Source: the human T2T-CHM13v2.0 reference genome, Homo sapiens
Length of the DNA stretch: 64,000 nucleotides
NCBI RefSeq assembly: GCF_009914755.1
Contig: NC_060940.1
Strand: one strand, 5' to 3'
The position numbers and the translations under genes were made by a program. Below the pieces are notes generated by a model that worked only from the letters and a program-made list of their open reading frames with translations, did not search any database and was not told where the DNA came from. Numbering within the stretch: position 1 is the first letter of the stretch; every line of letters begins with the position of its first letter. Positions 21,550 to 46,894 of the stretch are shown piece by piece.

Positions 21550-22220
21550 TATTACTTTTTATTGTGATAAAATATACATAACATAAAATTTACCATCTTA
21601 ACCTTTTTTTTTTTTTTTGAGATGCAGTTTTGCTCTTGTTGCCCAGGCTGGGGTGCAATGGTGCGATCTTGGCTCACTGCAACCCTTCGCCTCCCAGGCT
21701 CAAGTGATTCTCCTGCCTCAACCTCCTGAGTAGCTGGGATTACAGGCACCCGCCACCACACCTGCTGATTTTGTATTTTTAGTAGAGACGGGGTTTCTTC
21801 ATGTTGGTCAGGCTGGTTTTGAACTCCCAATCTCAGGTGATTCACCTGCCTCAGCCTCCCACAGTGCTGGGATGAGAGGCATGAGCCACCATGCCCAGCC
21901 CATCTTAACAATTTTTAAGTGTAAAGTTTCATGGCGTTAAATGCAGTCACATTGTGGTGCAACCATCTCCACCATCCGTCTCCAGAACTTTTCCATCATC
22001 CCAAACTCAAATTCTGTCCTGACCCCACTAAACACTATGTCCAGCTTCCTCCCCCAGGCCTGGCACCCACCATTCTGCTTCCATCTCTCTGAATCTGAGG
22101 ACTCTGGGGACCTGATGTGGGTGGGATCCTGTGGTTTTTGTCTTTTGTGTCTGGCTTATTTCACTGGGCATAATGTCCTTCAGGTTTATCCACATTGGAG
22201 CATGTGTCAGGAGTCCCTGC
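21550..22220 (-). mobile_element. L1MB-like 3' fragment interrupted by an Alu (~21604-21900)
   Basis: aaaatatacataacataaaatttaccatcttaac..ctggcttatttcact..ataatgtccttcaggtttatcc. Confidence 0.75.
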
Positions 22221-22228
22221 ATTGTTGC

Positions 22229-22557
22229 TTTTTTTTTTTTTTTTTTTTTCTGAGACGGAGTCTCGCTGTGTCACCCAGGCTGGAGTGCAGTGGTGTGATC
22301 TCGGCTCACTGCAAGCTCCGCCTCCTGGAGTTCAAGACCAGCTTGAACTCCTGGGTTCATGCCATTCTCCTGCCTCAGCCTCCCCAGTAGCTGGGACTAT
22401 AGGCACCCGCCACCACGCTCGGCCAATTTTTTGTATTTTTAGTAGAGACGGGGTTTCACCATGTTAGACAGGATGGTCTCAATCTCCTGACCTCGTGATC
22501 CGCCCACCTCGGCCTCCCAAAATGTTAGGATTACAGGCATGAGCCACCGTGCCTGGC
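22229..22557 (-). mobile_element. AluY-like element with a 26-nt internal insertion
   Basis: gcaagctccgcctcc / gccattctcc diagnostics; extra segment at ~22329-22354. Confidence 0.88.
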
Positions 22558-22926
22558 TTGCCTGGAGACATTTCTACTGCTACCTTACCGATCAGGGTAT
22601 CCAGTATCTCCGTGATTACCTTCATCTGTCCCTGGAAACTGTGCCTGCCACCCTACGCTGCAGCCGTCCAGGGACTGGCAGGCCTCGGCCTAAAGGTCTG
22701 GAGGGTGGGCGACCTGCAAGACTCACAAGAGGGGAAGCCAACAGACATACCTATAGACGGAGTGCTGTGCCCCTGGTGCCGACAAGAAAGCCAAGGCTCG
22801 GGCTGGGTCAGCAACCGAATTCCAGTTTAGAGGCAGATTTGGTCGTGGACATGGCCAGCCACCTCAGTAAAATTAGAGAGGATTATTTTGCATTGAATAC
22901 ACTCACAGCCAAAAAACAAAAAAAAA
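22558..22926 (+). pseudogene. 5'-truncated processed pseudogene of ribosomal protein S10 (RPS10/eS10)
   Basis: [39 protein letters not shown], 1-nt frameshift, then ..[15 protein letters not shown] (TAA 22868-22870); intronless; AATACA 22896-22901; A tail 22911-22926. Confidence 0.92.
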
Positions 22927-25010
<2,084 letters not shown>

Positions 25011-25070
25011 TCTAGCTGGGTTGACATCCCATTGCACACTCTAGCTGGGCTGTGAAGGAGCAGGCTGCTT

Positions 25071-25494
25071 GTGCACATGGGTAACGGATGTACAGTGAGA
25101 CGTCAGTCTGTGCACATGGGTAACAGGTGGGTGCACCGTGAGGTGTTAGTCTATGCACATGGGTAACAGGCGGGTGTGCAGTGAGATGTCAGTCTGGTGC
25201 ACATGGGTAACAGGCAGGTGTGCAGTGAGGCGTCAGTCTGGTGCACATGGGTAACAAGTGGGTGTGCAGTGAGGCGTCAGTCTGTACACGTGGGTAACAG
25301 GTGGGTGTGCAGTGAGGCGTCAGTCTGGTGCACGTGGGTAACAGGCGGGTGTGCAGTGAGATGTCGGTCTATGCACATGGGTAACAGGTCGGTGTGCAGT
25401 GAGACGTCGGTCTGTGCACATGGGTAACAGGCGGGTGTGCAGTGAGACGTCCGTCTATGCACATGGGTAACAGGCAGGTGTGCAGTGAGATGTC
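25071..25494. repeat. Minisatellite/VNTR, ~10 copies of a 43-44-bp unit
   Basis: Unit RTGCACATGGGTAACAGGCGGGTGTGCAGTGAGRYGTCRGTCT(G); starts at 25071, 25110, 25153, 25197, 25241, 25284, 25328, 25371, 25414, 25457. Confidence 0.95.
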
Positions 25495-26035
25495 CTCTCC
25501 TCCTGCCGGCCACACGTCCCCGCTCCCAGGGCACAGATGTGCCAGTCACTTTCTGAGCAACTACTTCAAATCTTCAGAACAACCCTTCAAGAAGTATTTC
25601 TAGTTTACTGATGAAGATAGACAGACAGATATAAACAACTTGCCCAAAGCCATGTTGCCAGTCAGGGCCACTGAGGCCTGGCCCTTTCCAAGGTGCGGGC
25701 TCTTCTCTCCCTCCCCAGGACTGCAGGAATCAGTCGGGGGAGTGGCAGGCCCCAGCCATTCCACTGCGTGCAGGTTTCCTGCCAATTAAGCTTTCCAGCC
25801 TTGGGCTGAGAAGAGGATGCCTGTGTGTTGCCTCATCGTCCCCAGGAGTTCCTGTCCTGTCTCTAAGATGCATGAGAGCTGGAGCAGCCATGTGGTTACA
25901 GAAAGCTGCTCCCCCTCAGGGCCCCCAAAGGAAGTCAGGGCCCTTCCTTTATGCGTGTGGTGAGCCCCAGGCAGCTAGAATGGGACACCGGTGAGCACAC
26001 CAATGAGGCTGAAGACCATCACATCCATTATCTGA

Positions 26036-26482
<447 letters not shown>

Positions 26483-27996
26483 TAACTCCGCCCTTGGTTT
26501 GTCCTCTTAGAGTCTCAGTTTCCCCAGGTGTACGACAGGCAGTGTGGTGGCTGTAATGGGCTTCCATCAGTGCCTGCCACATGGGCGTGGGGCTCGGTAG
26601 GTGCTGCCGCTGCTGCTGCCAAAGCTAGAAGAGCCCCCACAGGGCATAGAGCCATTCCCTGGATCCCCTGGACCTGGTGGGCTGTTTCCAACTCCACAAG
26701 GCAGCCAATTCCCCGGTAGCCCTGACTCTTGCGAAGGCAGGGAGGAGGGGGGACCCCAGCAGCCTGAGGAGCTTGCAGCTTGTCCAGGCATGGAGGGTGG
26801 GGACCCTCTGTGGGCAGTTTTTGCCAAAACTTCTGGCTATGGTGAGAGGGTCAAAGGCGAAGCCTCGAGGTCTCCATTCTGGGAGTGTCTGCCCAGGGTC
26901 ACCGGGGCCACACTGGGGCTGGGCCTGCGTGCTGGGAGCTGAGTGCATAGTGACAGGTCGGCACTGGTAGGGGCCTGTGCAGATGGGACGGCGCTGGGGG
27001 TGGGGGTGGGGGTCCGGGCTTCCAGGCGGCGCCTAATGTGGTTTTGGTTATAGACACTGCCTGTGTTTCCCTCTAAGCTGCTGAAAAGCTCAGAAATGTG
27101 CAGCAGGGCCTGGAGCTCAGCCTGGGTTCTGACTGCATGTGGGAGGTGGGCGCTGGGACGACTGGGAGTTCAGGCTGCATGGACCCACTTCCTGGGTTTA
27201 AAAACGGGCTCTTCACCTGCCACCTGTGTGCCCGGGCAAGGCCTTCTCTGCCTCTCTGAGCTTTGGTTTCCCTGTGTGTGCAAGACAGATGAATCACAGG
27301 CCCTGCCCCGTGGAGTGATTGGAAGATTCAGTGTGATAATTTATATGGAGGGCTGTCGCTTCTTTGAACCCTTCCCACCGAGGTGTGGGGCGATGTCCCC
27401 TTGCCCTGAGCCTGGGCAGGTGCTCCTGGCGGGAGTGGTGAACAGGATGCCGCAGGAGCAGTGCTTTGTGACTCTGGAAGCCAGGGCAGAAAAGACATCG
27501 TGTCCGTCTGGCTCTTTCTGGAAATGCACCCTTGGAGCCCTGAGCACTGCATAGAAGCCAGCTGGGTCCCCAGGGAATGACCGTGGCAGGCATTCCTGGA
27601 GGGTCTCTGCCGAGTCAGTCCCACAGCAGGGCCCGGACCAGCCTGGAACTAGGAGAGATGATGGGGACTACGTGACTCTGGTCTTTCCTGCCCTAGTTCA
27701 GGACAGCTTGTTCCTTAACTGGAGGAAACCAGGAAAACAGCCCAGAAGCTGCAGGTGAGCCCATCCCTGGGTGAGGACTGCTGAGTCCGCGGGGGTGAGA
27801 GGCAGAGCTGGGATTTGAAGCCAAGGCCATCTGCCCTTGAGCCTGAGGCCACCACGGCCCCGTCCTGCCCTGCACTGCCCACCAATCAGGAGTTAGATTC
27901 AACCACACTTCTAGCATTTTCCATCAGAAGGCCATCATTCTAAAGTTTCATGGACTCCCAAAAGGTAATAGCTCTCTCTGGGAATCAGCTGACTGA

Positions 27997-28427
<431 letters not shown>

Positions 28428-28715
28428 TGAACTCCTGACCTCAGGTGATCTACCCACCTCGGCCTCCCTAAGTGCTGGGATTACAGGTGTGAGCCACCGC
28501 GCCCGGGCTACTGTGGATGTTTAACATCTCCATTTCACAGGTGAGGAAGCTGAGGCTCAGAGGTGCGCAGCTCAGGAGTGGTGGATCAGGGCTCTGGACC
28601 CAGGAGTCCAACTGTGGGGCTCTCTGATACACTGTGCTATGGGAGAAGCTCCCAGAAGTCCTAGGCTAGGAGCCTCTAGGCGAGAGGGTTGTTCAAGTCT
28701 CTTCCCATTCCCTGA

Positions 28716-29003
<288 letters not shown>

Positions 29004-29278
29004 TAAGGTGGTCTGCCTGCTTTGGCCTCCCAAAGTGTTAGGATTACAGGCTTGAGCCACCGCACTCAGCCTCTTAAGGTCTTTTAATTTCTCAAAGGTC
29101 TAACTCGGCCAGGCGCGGTGGTTCACGCCTGTAATCCCAGCAATTTGGGAGGCCAAGGTAGGCGGATCACTTGAGGTCAGGAGTTTGAGATCAGCCTGGC
29201 CAACATGGTGAAACCCTGTCTCTACTAAAAATACAAAAATTAGCCAGGCATGGTGGTGGGCGCCGGTACTTCCAGCTA

Positions 29279-29386
<108 letters not shown>

Positions 29387-30133
29387 TCAAAAAAAAAAAA
29401 AAAAAAAAAAAGAGTCTAGCTCTTTATTTTCAGCTGAGGGGATGAGCCCAGAGATCAGCATCAGGACCAGAGCTCAGTCCGCGGTGCACTTCCTCCCCTG
29501 TCCCGGGCATCATTCCTCCCCTGTGGTTTGCCTAGAAAATTTTGACTTACCCCATGGGGAAGAAATGCTCCAGAACCTTCCCCAGGAGGAAAACAGCCCT
29601 TGGGTAAAGGGTCCTTCACAGCCAGCTCTTTTCTTTCCCACCAAGAGGTGGGACCACCTGGTGTGGGAGGTGGAGGCTGGCTGGGAAAACAACCCCTCCC
29701 CAGGTTTCCTCTGGCTGTGGAGCCGCGCGGAGGAAGAGGATGGGGCGTCAGAGCTCTCAGAACCGTGGCCTTGTGAAGTTTCTGAGCAGGCAAATGGGGC
29801 GGCGGGGGGTGATCTGGTCCCAGCCCCAGGAGGCCGCCCCGAAGCCAGCATCAAGGCGAAGGCCACGTACAGATCAAACGGCTCCTTGAACCGCGAGGAA
29901 GGGCTCGCCCCAGCTCCATCTGGACCAGCCCGCACCATTGTTAACACAGGTTGAAGCCTCATCCGTCCGCACATCTGAGGCTTGCGTTGACTCCTTCTGC
30001 CCTGGAATTCTTTTGTTTGCTGCTGAATAAATAAACTACATTTCTTTGGAATTTCTCCTTCTCCCTCAAAGCCTTTTCTCAGCTGATCTTGGAGAAAGGC
30101 GACACTCTTGTCCCCGCCATCTTTTCGAGCTGT

Positions 30134-30199
30134 GCTGGATGCAGGGAAGCGTATGGAGAGCTGGGCGCTGGATGCAGGGAAGCGTGTGGAGAGCTGGGC
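30134..30199. repeat. 33-bp tandem duplication
   Basis: gctggatgcagggaagcgt(a/g)tggagagctgggc x2. Confidence 0.9.
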
Positions 30200-30430
30200 C
30201 GGAGAGCCGCGGTTTGGGCAGGTTTCTCTCTGCCCTTGGGCTTGGGGTCGGACAGGGACGTTCAAGGAGATGCTGGGTGGTACATGAGTCAACATTCTTA
30301 AATGTTATTAGTTAGGGATTTGAGGTTTTTGTTTCAATCTGTTTTCAAACAAACTTTATCATTAGTGAATATCATCACCCAGGACAAGGCTAAAAATTTT
30401 TCGAGCTAATCAATTTAAAGAAAAATATTA

Positions 30431-30957
<527 letters not shown>

Positions 30958-31387
30958 TCACAGCGCCTCGGCGGGGCTCTTTCCACTATGAGATTTCTTT
31001 TTCCTTGCAAATGAATCGCTGCACTAAACAATTTTGCTTGTCAAATTATGCTGATTTCTTTTCTTTTTTTTTTTTTTTTTTTGAGATAGGATTTCACTCT
31101 TGTCACCCAGGCTGGAGTGCAACAGCGCGATCTCAGCTCACTGCAACCTCCACCTCTGGGTTCAAACGATTCTCCTGCCTCAGCCTCCCGAGTAGCTGGG
31201 ATTGCAGGCATGTGCCATGACACCCTGCTAATTTTGTATTTTTAGTGGAGGCGGGATTTCTCCATGTTGGTCAGGCTGGTCTCGAACTCCCGACCTCAGG
31301 TGATCCACTGCCTCAGCCTCCCAAAGTACTGGGATCACAGGCGTGAGCCTCCGCGCCCGGCCTGCTGATTTCAAATATGCAGCTTAC

Positions 31388-31450
31388 CTTATGTTTTACT
31401 TCCAGCAAGACGTCCACCAGCCTCTGCAGCATCTGATGATGGGCCCCGAG
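31388..31450 (-). pseudogene. CA5AP1: CA5AP1 exon 5
   Basis: cag|[21 protein letters not shown]|gtaagc, 63 nt. Confidence 0.9.
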
Positions 31451-31567
31451 CTGCGTGGCAGACACACAAGGGGTTAGCTGAAAAGGCAGTGGGTGGCGGG
31501 GGGAAGCTCACTCCACTATAAATACACCACGTTTTAAAAGCAATCCTAGGCCAGGCACGGTGGCTCA

Positions 31568-32047
<480 letters not shown>

Positions 32048-32219
32048 TCACTTCCCCTTCTGAATGGCTGACCTATGTGTCCACTTAATCATAATGAAAT
32101 GGCCAGGCGCAGTGGCTCACACCTGTAATCCCAGCACCTTGGGAGGCTGAGGCGGGTGGATCATGAGGTCAGGAGATCAAGACCATCCTGGCTAACATGG
32201 TGAAACCCCGTCTCTACTA

Positions 32220-32573
<354 letters not shown>

Positions 32574-33536
32574 TCATTATTTTCTACTTCCTAGTTATCC
32601 TTGGACAAGGATTACCAGAAAAAACTCACGCCTCGGCTGGGCGTGGTGGCTCACGCCTGTAATCCCAGCACTCTGGGAGGCCGAGGCGAGTGGATCACGA
32701 GGACAGGAGTTCAAGACCAGCCTGGCCAAGACGGTGAAACCCCGTCTCTACTAAAACTACAAAAATTAGCTGGGCGCGGTGGCAGGTGCCTGTAATCCCA
32801 GCTACTCAGGAGGCTGAGGCAGGAGAATCACTTGAACCTGGGCAGCAGAGGTTGCAGTGAGCCAAGATTGCGAGATCGTGCGATCGCGCCACTGCACTCC
32901 AGCCTGGGGAACAGAGTGATACTCAGTCTCAAAAATAAATAAATAAATAAAATATCTGTTCATCAAAAATAAAGTTGCAGATAGAGATACTAAAATAAAA
33001 GGCATGTTGTTAAATGAAAGGAAGCACACAGAAGCCATTGTTGCGCTCATTCTTGGAACTATTTATAAATATCTGTATGATGATGACAATAGATATCACT
33101 CCCTATTTATAAAATGTCCGGAGGTCACCTCTGGGTGTGCGATTACAAGCAATTTTCATTTTTTGGTTTGGGTGCACTCTAGTTCCACATTAACTGCAGC
33201 ATTACTTTCATAACAACAACAAGTTCAAAAAACAGAAAGAGTCCTCAACTTGAAAAAGCATCAAGAAGTCAGGTGAGTGGGTGAGCAGAGGTGTGATAAA
33301 GTGAATATGGCAAAAATGATCATCACAGGACTGAGACGTCAAACTCATAGATTCTTCTTGTTCATTTCTTTTCATTTTTTCGTATGTTGCAAAAATTTCA
33401 TAATAAAATATTTGGGGAAATCTATAAGGCATCACTTATCACCCAAAAAAACTACAAAAACCAATTCCCAGCATTGATCTGCACTCATTTTCTCTACTGA
33501 CTCCCACTTTGGAATGTTGAAAATAAGACTGCTTTA

Positions 33537-34431
<895 letters not shown>

Positions 34432-35917
34432 TTACCTGAGGCATTGTCTACATTAGGGTTATATGAGTTCACTCGCAAGGGGTTGCTGTATGGTTGAAGT
34501 GACAAGCCAAAGGTGGGCTCCGTGAAAGGTGGGCTCTGTCTGTCCCATTCACTCTGCCCCCCGCCAGCCCAGCGCCTGCCCAGAGGTTCACAGTAAATGT
34601 GGAATGAAGGCAGGGTCCCAGTGCTGCCACTGGGTGGTGGTGAGGGCCTCATCTCCCTGCAGGCAGAAATCGGTAAAGAAAGTTTCTGAGATGCCTGCCT
34701 GTCCTATAAGATTTCCAGACTTTAATTTAAAAAAAAAAGATGTCTTCCAAATATTTTTTAAAAGCAGCTTAAATCCTATCACCAAATAACATTATAAAAT
34801 AACACAATGAGCAAAGTTTTTGTTTTGTTTTGTTTTGTTTTGTTTTGTTTTAAGACAGAATCTTACTCTATTGCCCAGGCTGGAGTACAATGGCATGATC
34901 TCAGCTCACTGCAACCTCCACCTCTGGGTTCTAGTGATTCTCCTGCCCCAGCCTCCTGAGTAGCTGGGATTACAGGCATGTGCCACCAGGCCAAGCCAAT
35001 TTTTGTATTTTAAGTAGAGACGGGGTTTCACCATGTTGGCCAGGCTGGTCTCAAACTCCTGATCTCAGGTGATCCACTCGCCTCTGCCTCCCAAAGTGCT
35101 GGGATGACAGGTGTGAGCCACCGCTCCTGGGTGAGCAAGGTTTTTAAATAAGCAGACCCTGAGCTATAGCATCAGTCCTGATCTCTGGCAGTCCCTGCTT
35201 AATCTAGGCCCACCACAGGGCCAGCTTTTATTGGAACACTCCTTCCGTCCTAAGTCACCCTAAACACTCACCTTGGAGTCAGCGCTCTCCACCTGCAGGC
35301 CTTGGGGTGCCCCTCTCCATGGCACAGTGCCAGGTGCAGCCTCCCAGGAGCTTCCTTCTCCTGACACGTGGGGCTCAGCCATAAGCATCGCTCACTGAGG
35401 CCTCTGGCTCTGCCTCACAGAGTCATGGCTGCCATCCCCAGGTCCAGGTAGTGCTGGGAGTCTGCCTTTTAACGAGCTCCCCAGGGGTTCTGATGTGGGT
35501 GGCTTCTCCTGTGTCTAAGCACTTTGTCACTAACAGATTTCCATCAACAGCTGCTACAAATGTGGTACCTATTCCACACGTTTTCATTGAAAGGAGCACA
35601 GTGTGCTCCTGGGATGGCTGGGCAAGGCTGGAAGGCGCCAGCAGAACTGGAGCACTGATCACGAATTCGCGGTGGCCCGAGTGCCTCCCGTAGCTGTGGA
35701 GGAGCCTCGTGTCACCCGCCTTGCTCATGTCACCTCCCACTGTGGCAAAAGCCAGGAAAACACTGAGCGCATGACAAATGCCTTGGGGAGCTTGACAGTG
35801 CTGACTCCTGGTGGTTTCCTGACACCAAAAGTACTTGGGCTGGGCGTGGTGGCTCACACCTGTAGTCCTAGCACTTTGGGAGGCCGAGATGGGCGGATCA
35901 CTTGAGGTCAGGAGTTA

Positions 35918-36259
<342 letters not shown>

Positions 36260-36501
36260 TCACTCAAAATCTCAGTGTTGGTCTGGAGCAACCTCGGAGT
36301 CATATCTAGTTTTAAAATTCTACCATTATGAGCAAGTCTTCTAGTCTCCTTAAATATACACAGATGAATTACATCTCAATTTTTAAAAATACACAGAAAG
36401 AGTGCTTCACACAATAAGCACATTAAATCACTTTGTTAGGCCAGGCACAGTGGCTCACGCCTGTAATCCTAACACTTTGGGAGGCCAAGGCAGGTGTATC
36501 A

Positions 36502-36807
<306 letters not shown>

Positions 36808-36984
36808 TCAGGACATCAAGACCAGCCTGGCCAACATGGTAAAACCCCATCTCTACTAAAAATACAAAAAATTAGCCAGATGTGGTGGCACGTGCCTGTA
36901 ATCCTAGCTACTCAGGAGGCTGAGGCAGGAGAATTGCTTGAACCTAGGAGGTGGAGGTTGCAGTGAGCCAAGATTGCATCACTA

Positions 36985-37413
<429 letters not shown>

Positions 37414-37529
37414 TCACGCCTGTAATCCCAGCACTTTGGGAGGCCAGGGCGGGCATATCACGAGGTCAGGAGATCGAGACCATCCTGGCCAACATGGTGA
37501 AACCCTGTCTCACCGGGTGCGGTGGCTCA

Positions 37530-38080
<551 letters not shown>

Positions 38081-38564
38081 TCAGGAGATTGAGACCATCC
38101 TGGCCAACATGGTGAAACCCCGTCTCTACTAAAAATGCCAAAATTAGCTGGGCATGGTGGTACGTGCCTGTAATCCCAGCTACTCGGGAGGCTGAGGCAG
38201 GAAAATCGCTTGAACCAGGGAGTCAGAGGTTGCAGTGGGCCAAGATTGCTTCATTGCACTCCATCCTGGCAACAGAGCGAGACTCTGTCTCAAAAAAAAA
38301 GGAAATCTTCCTGCCTCAGCTCCTGAGTAGCTGGGATTACAGATGTAAGCTACCACATCTGGCTCCAATTTAAGTATCCACATGTGGCTAGTTGTTATCT
38401 ATTGGAACACGCAGTTCTGGAGGCTTTAATATAGGGACTCCTTATGGAGAAATGGATATGGTTAAAGGAGGCTACAAGGAATGCTGAAGCCCTAAGAGAC
38501 TAGCAACTATTGGAGCCTGTTACTGCTTCTAGGACTGATGGGGTAACAGGCAGAAACTGTGTTA

Positions 38565-39284
<720 letters not shown>

Positions 39285-40093
39285 TTAGTTCTGTTCTGTT
39301 CCTTTCTTTTTTCTTTTCTTCTTTCCTTTTCCTTTCCTTTTCTTTCTTTCTCTTTCTCTCTCTCTTCCTTTCCTCTTTCCTTTTTTTTTTTTTTTTTTAA
39401 CCGAGTCTCGCTCTGTCACCCAGGCTGGAGAGTACAGTGGCATGATCTCGGCTCACTGCAACCTCCGCCTACCGGGTTCAAATGATTCTCCTGCCTCAGC
39501 CTCCCAAGTAGCTGGGATTACGGGTGCCTGCCACCAAGTCCAGCTAATTTTTGTATTTTTAGTAGAGACAGGATTTTGCCAAGTTGGCAAGGCTGGTCTC
39601 GAACTCCTGACCTCAGGTGATCTGCTCACCTTGGCCTCCCAAAGTGCTGGGATTATAGGCATGAGCCACCTCGCCTGGCCTTTACTGAGTTCTTAAAGGC
39701 TGAGACAGGAAAAGAAAAATAGTAAACTCTGTGCGTAATTTCACTATTTTCTTGTTTAACTTTATGACTGTCCTGGAGAGGGCAGCATCATTACCTTTAA
39801 TTTAGAGCTGGGACAGGGACAGTCTGTGACACTTATCTTGATATTGAGGAATGGAGTCAGTCCTCCAATGGAGGGAGGCCGATTGAGGTGTGATACTGAG
39901 TGCCCCATCAGTTGTTCAAGGGCTGGGGCAGATCTAATATTGTGTCTGTACTGGCTGATACTTAGGTGGCCAGGGCCCCAGCTTTGGAAACCTGTGATGG
40001 CTGCTACCACCTCTGGCTTTGCTAGGCGCACACATCTGCCCAGACTCAATGTATTGCAAACCCATGCAACCTCCAGGCCCACACTGAGAATCA

Positions 40094-40465
<372 letters not shown>

Positions 40466-40686
40466 TTATAGCCACGGGTCGACTTAGATCAACAGAAGTC
40501 TGTATGGATTACTCTAATAGAGTGCAAAAAGATCTGAACTAGGACCTCATTGTGAATTCGGATCCTACCCCTTACCAGCTGTGTGACCGTGGGCAAGACA
40601 CAGAATCTCTGAGCTGTCACTGCCCTCTCTGTAAGTGAAGTGGCACCCACTTCTTATGTCTGTGTTGGTCCTCTTCTCCTAATTGA

Positions 40687-40878
<192 letters not shown>

Positions 40879-40937
40879 TAGTAGAGACGGGGTTTCACCG
40901 TGTTAGCCAGGATGGTCTCGATCTCCCGACCTCGTGA

Positions 40938-41180
<243 letters not shown>

Positions 41181-41280
41181 TAAAATTTTAAGTAGAGATA
41201 GGGTCTCACCGTGTTGCCTAGGCTGGTCTCAAACTCCTGGGCTCAAGTGATCCTCCCACCTTGGCCTCCAAAAGTGTTAG

Positions 41281-42990
<1,710 letters not shown>

Positions 42991-43829
42991 TTAATAATGT
43001 TGTGAGATAAATACTCTGTGCCCATTTTTCTTTACTTTTTAATATATTTTTTAAATCTAGAGAGACAGGGTCTCCCTATGGTCCCCAGGATGGCCTCAAA
43101 ACTCCTCCTGCCTTGGCCTCCTTGGCTGGGATTACTGGACTACTACTGTGCCACCATGCCTGGCTCTTCTTTTCCTTTTACTATGCCCATTTTAAAGGTG
43201 AGGAAAACTGAGACTCAGAAATGTTCCCAAGGGCACACAGTGAGTGGTGGCTGCCTTCAGGTTGGTCTGACTCCAGTGCCCAAGCCTTTCTCAGGAGTGG
43301 TGTGTTGCCCATCAGCCATTATATCCATGACATCAACTGGCATAAGATATGTTCTTATATGAAAATTAATTTTAGAAGTGAGTGTCACGAAATATTGACC
43401 TTCTCTAAGGAACTAGTTCTTATAGTCAAAAAGGAGGAACTTATGTAAATTTTCCCTTTCAGGGCCAGCCCCAGGAAGTTCAGAGCCTAATGTGGTGTTC
43501 ATTCTATTAATTTTTTCTTACCCTGGGACTTTTTTCTTTCTTTCATTTATGTTAACCTAATCACCAGCTGCTTCCTGTTCCTTAGGAAATAGCTAAGTCG
43601 TACATGACACTTTTGGGGTTCCAGTGTGCCCGGCATGGGTTTTCTTTCATTGGGCAGGCACTAGGTGGGCTTTTCAGCCTGAAGACGCATGTTTCTCATC
43701 AGAGTGAGAATGATCTCTGATCATTCTCCTTCTTCCATTTCTTGGGTTCTCTCTTCCTGGCACTCCTATTGGTTAGCTTTTGGGCCTCTTGGATTGCCTG
43801 GCTGTGTCTCTGTGGCAAAGACTACTCAT

Positions 43830-44170
43830 TATCCAAAATCCAATGAGCCCTTCTTCCCCAAGAACATGGTGGAACTGCATGTCCCAGCCTCCCTTGCAGT
43901 AGGCATGGTCATGTGACTAAGTTTCCACCAATAGAATGTGAGGAGGTGATGTATGTGACTTCTGGTCTTTGGCCTTAGGAAGTAGGCCAGCTTCATACTC
44001 TCCATTCCTGCTGGCTGGAGATCCCCACAACAGATTCAAACGTGCAGGTGACAAACGGTGCCCTACCGATGGCAGAAAAGTGATGAGGAAGGGCCCTTGG
44101 TCCCTGAGCAATGAGAGAAGCAGAGCTGCCTCCCTAACTACCACCATTTCACTTGAACATGTCTCTTCTT
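43830..44170 (+). mobile_element. MLT1I/J-like MaLR LTR fragment
   Basis: cccagcctcccttgcagtaggcatggtcatgtgactaagtttccaccaatagaatgtgag. Confidence 0.65.
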
Positions 44171-44225
44171 TTGTTTATTTATTTATTTGTTTTTTGCAGA
44201 CACGTCTCTTCTTTTTTTTTTTTGA

Positions 44226-44420
<195 letters not shown>

Positions 44421-44638
44421 TGACCTCATGATCCACCCACCTTGGCCTCCCAAAGTGCTGGGATTACAGGTGTGAGCAACTGCGCCCGGCCGACACGTCT
44501 CTTCTTTAAGCCGCCACTTATTGGATCTCTATGTTAGAGCGGCAGTCTCATATATTTTCTCTCATATTTTCTTCTCCACCCCTACACCTTCTGGGAGTTC
44601 TATTTTCTGGGATAATTAATTAATTAATCAATTTTTGA

Positions 44639-45059
<421 letters not shown>

Positions 45060-45343
45060 TGACCTCAGGTGATCCGCCTGCCTTGGTCTCCCAAAGTGCT
45101 GGGATTACAGGCATGATCCACCACACCTGGCAGTTTTCTGGGATAATTTATTAACTTTTTATTACAACACTTCCTGTTTGTGTTTGTACAGATGAGGCCT
45201 TGCTATATTACCCAGGCTGGTCTTGAACTTCTGGCCTCAAGCCATTCTCCTTGGCCTCCCAAACTGCAGGAATTACAGGAGTGAGCTACTGTGCCCAGCT
45301 TCTTTATTCTAATGCTTTTAGTAATTCAGTATCATAGCTTTAA

Positions 45344-45550
<207 letters not shown>

Positions 45551-45706
45551 TAGTAGAGACAGGGTTTCACCTTGTTGGTCAGGCTGGTCTCGAACTCCTG
45601 TCCTTAGGTGATCCACCTGCCTCAGCCTCCCAAAGTGCTGGGATTACAGGCGTGAGCCACTGTGCCTGGCCTCTTTCTTTTTTATAACACCCTGTTTTTA
45701 TTGTAA

Positions 45707-45940
<234 letters not shown>

Positions 45941-45943
45941 TGA

Positions 45944-46267
<324 letters not shown>

Positions 46268-46396
46268 TGATCCACCTGCCTCTGCCTCCCAAAGTGCTGG
46301 GATTACAGGCGTGAGCCACCGTGCCTGGCCCATCTTTTTTTTTTTTTTTAATATGGGGTCTTGCTCTGTCACCCAGGCCAGAGTGCAGTGGCATGA

Positions 46397-46894
<498 letters not shown>

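Noticed and set aside
25071-25494. CRISPR-like array
   Set aside because: Head-to-tail units without unique spacers in human DNA; it is a minisatellite
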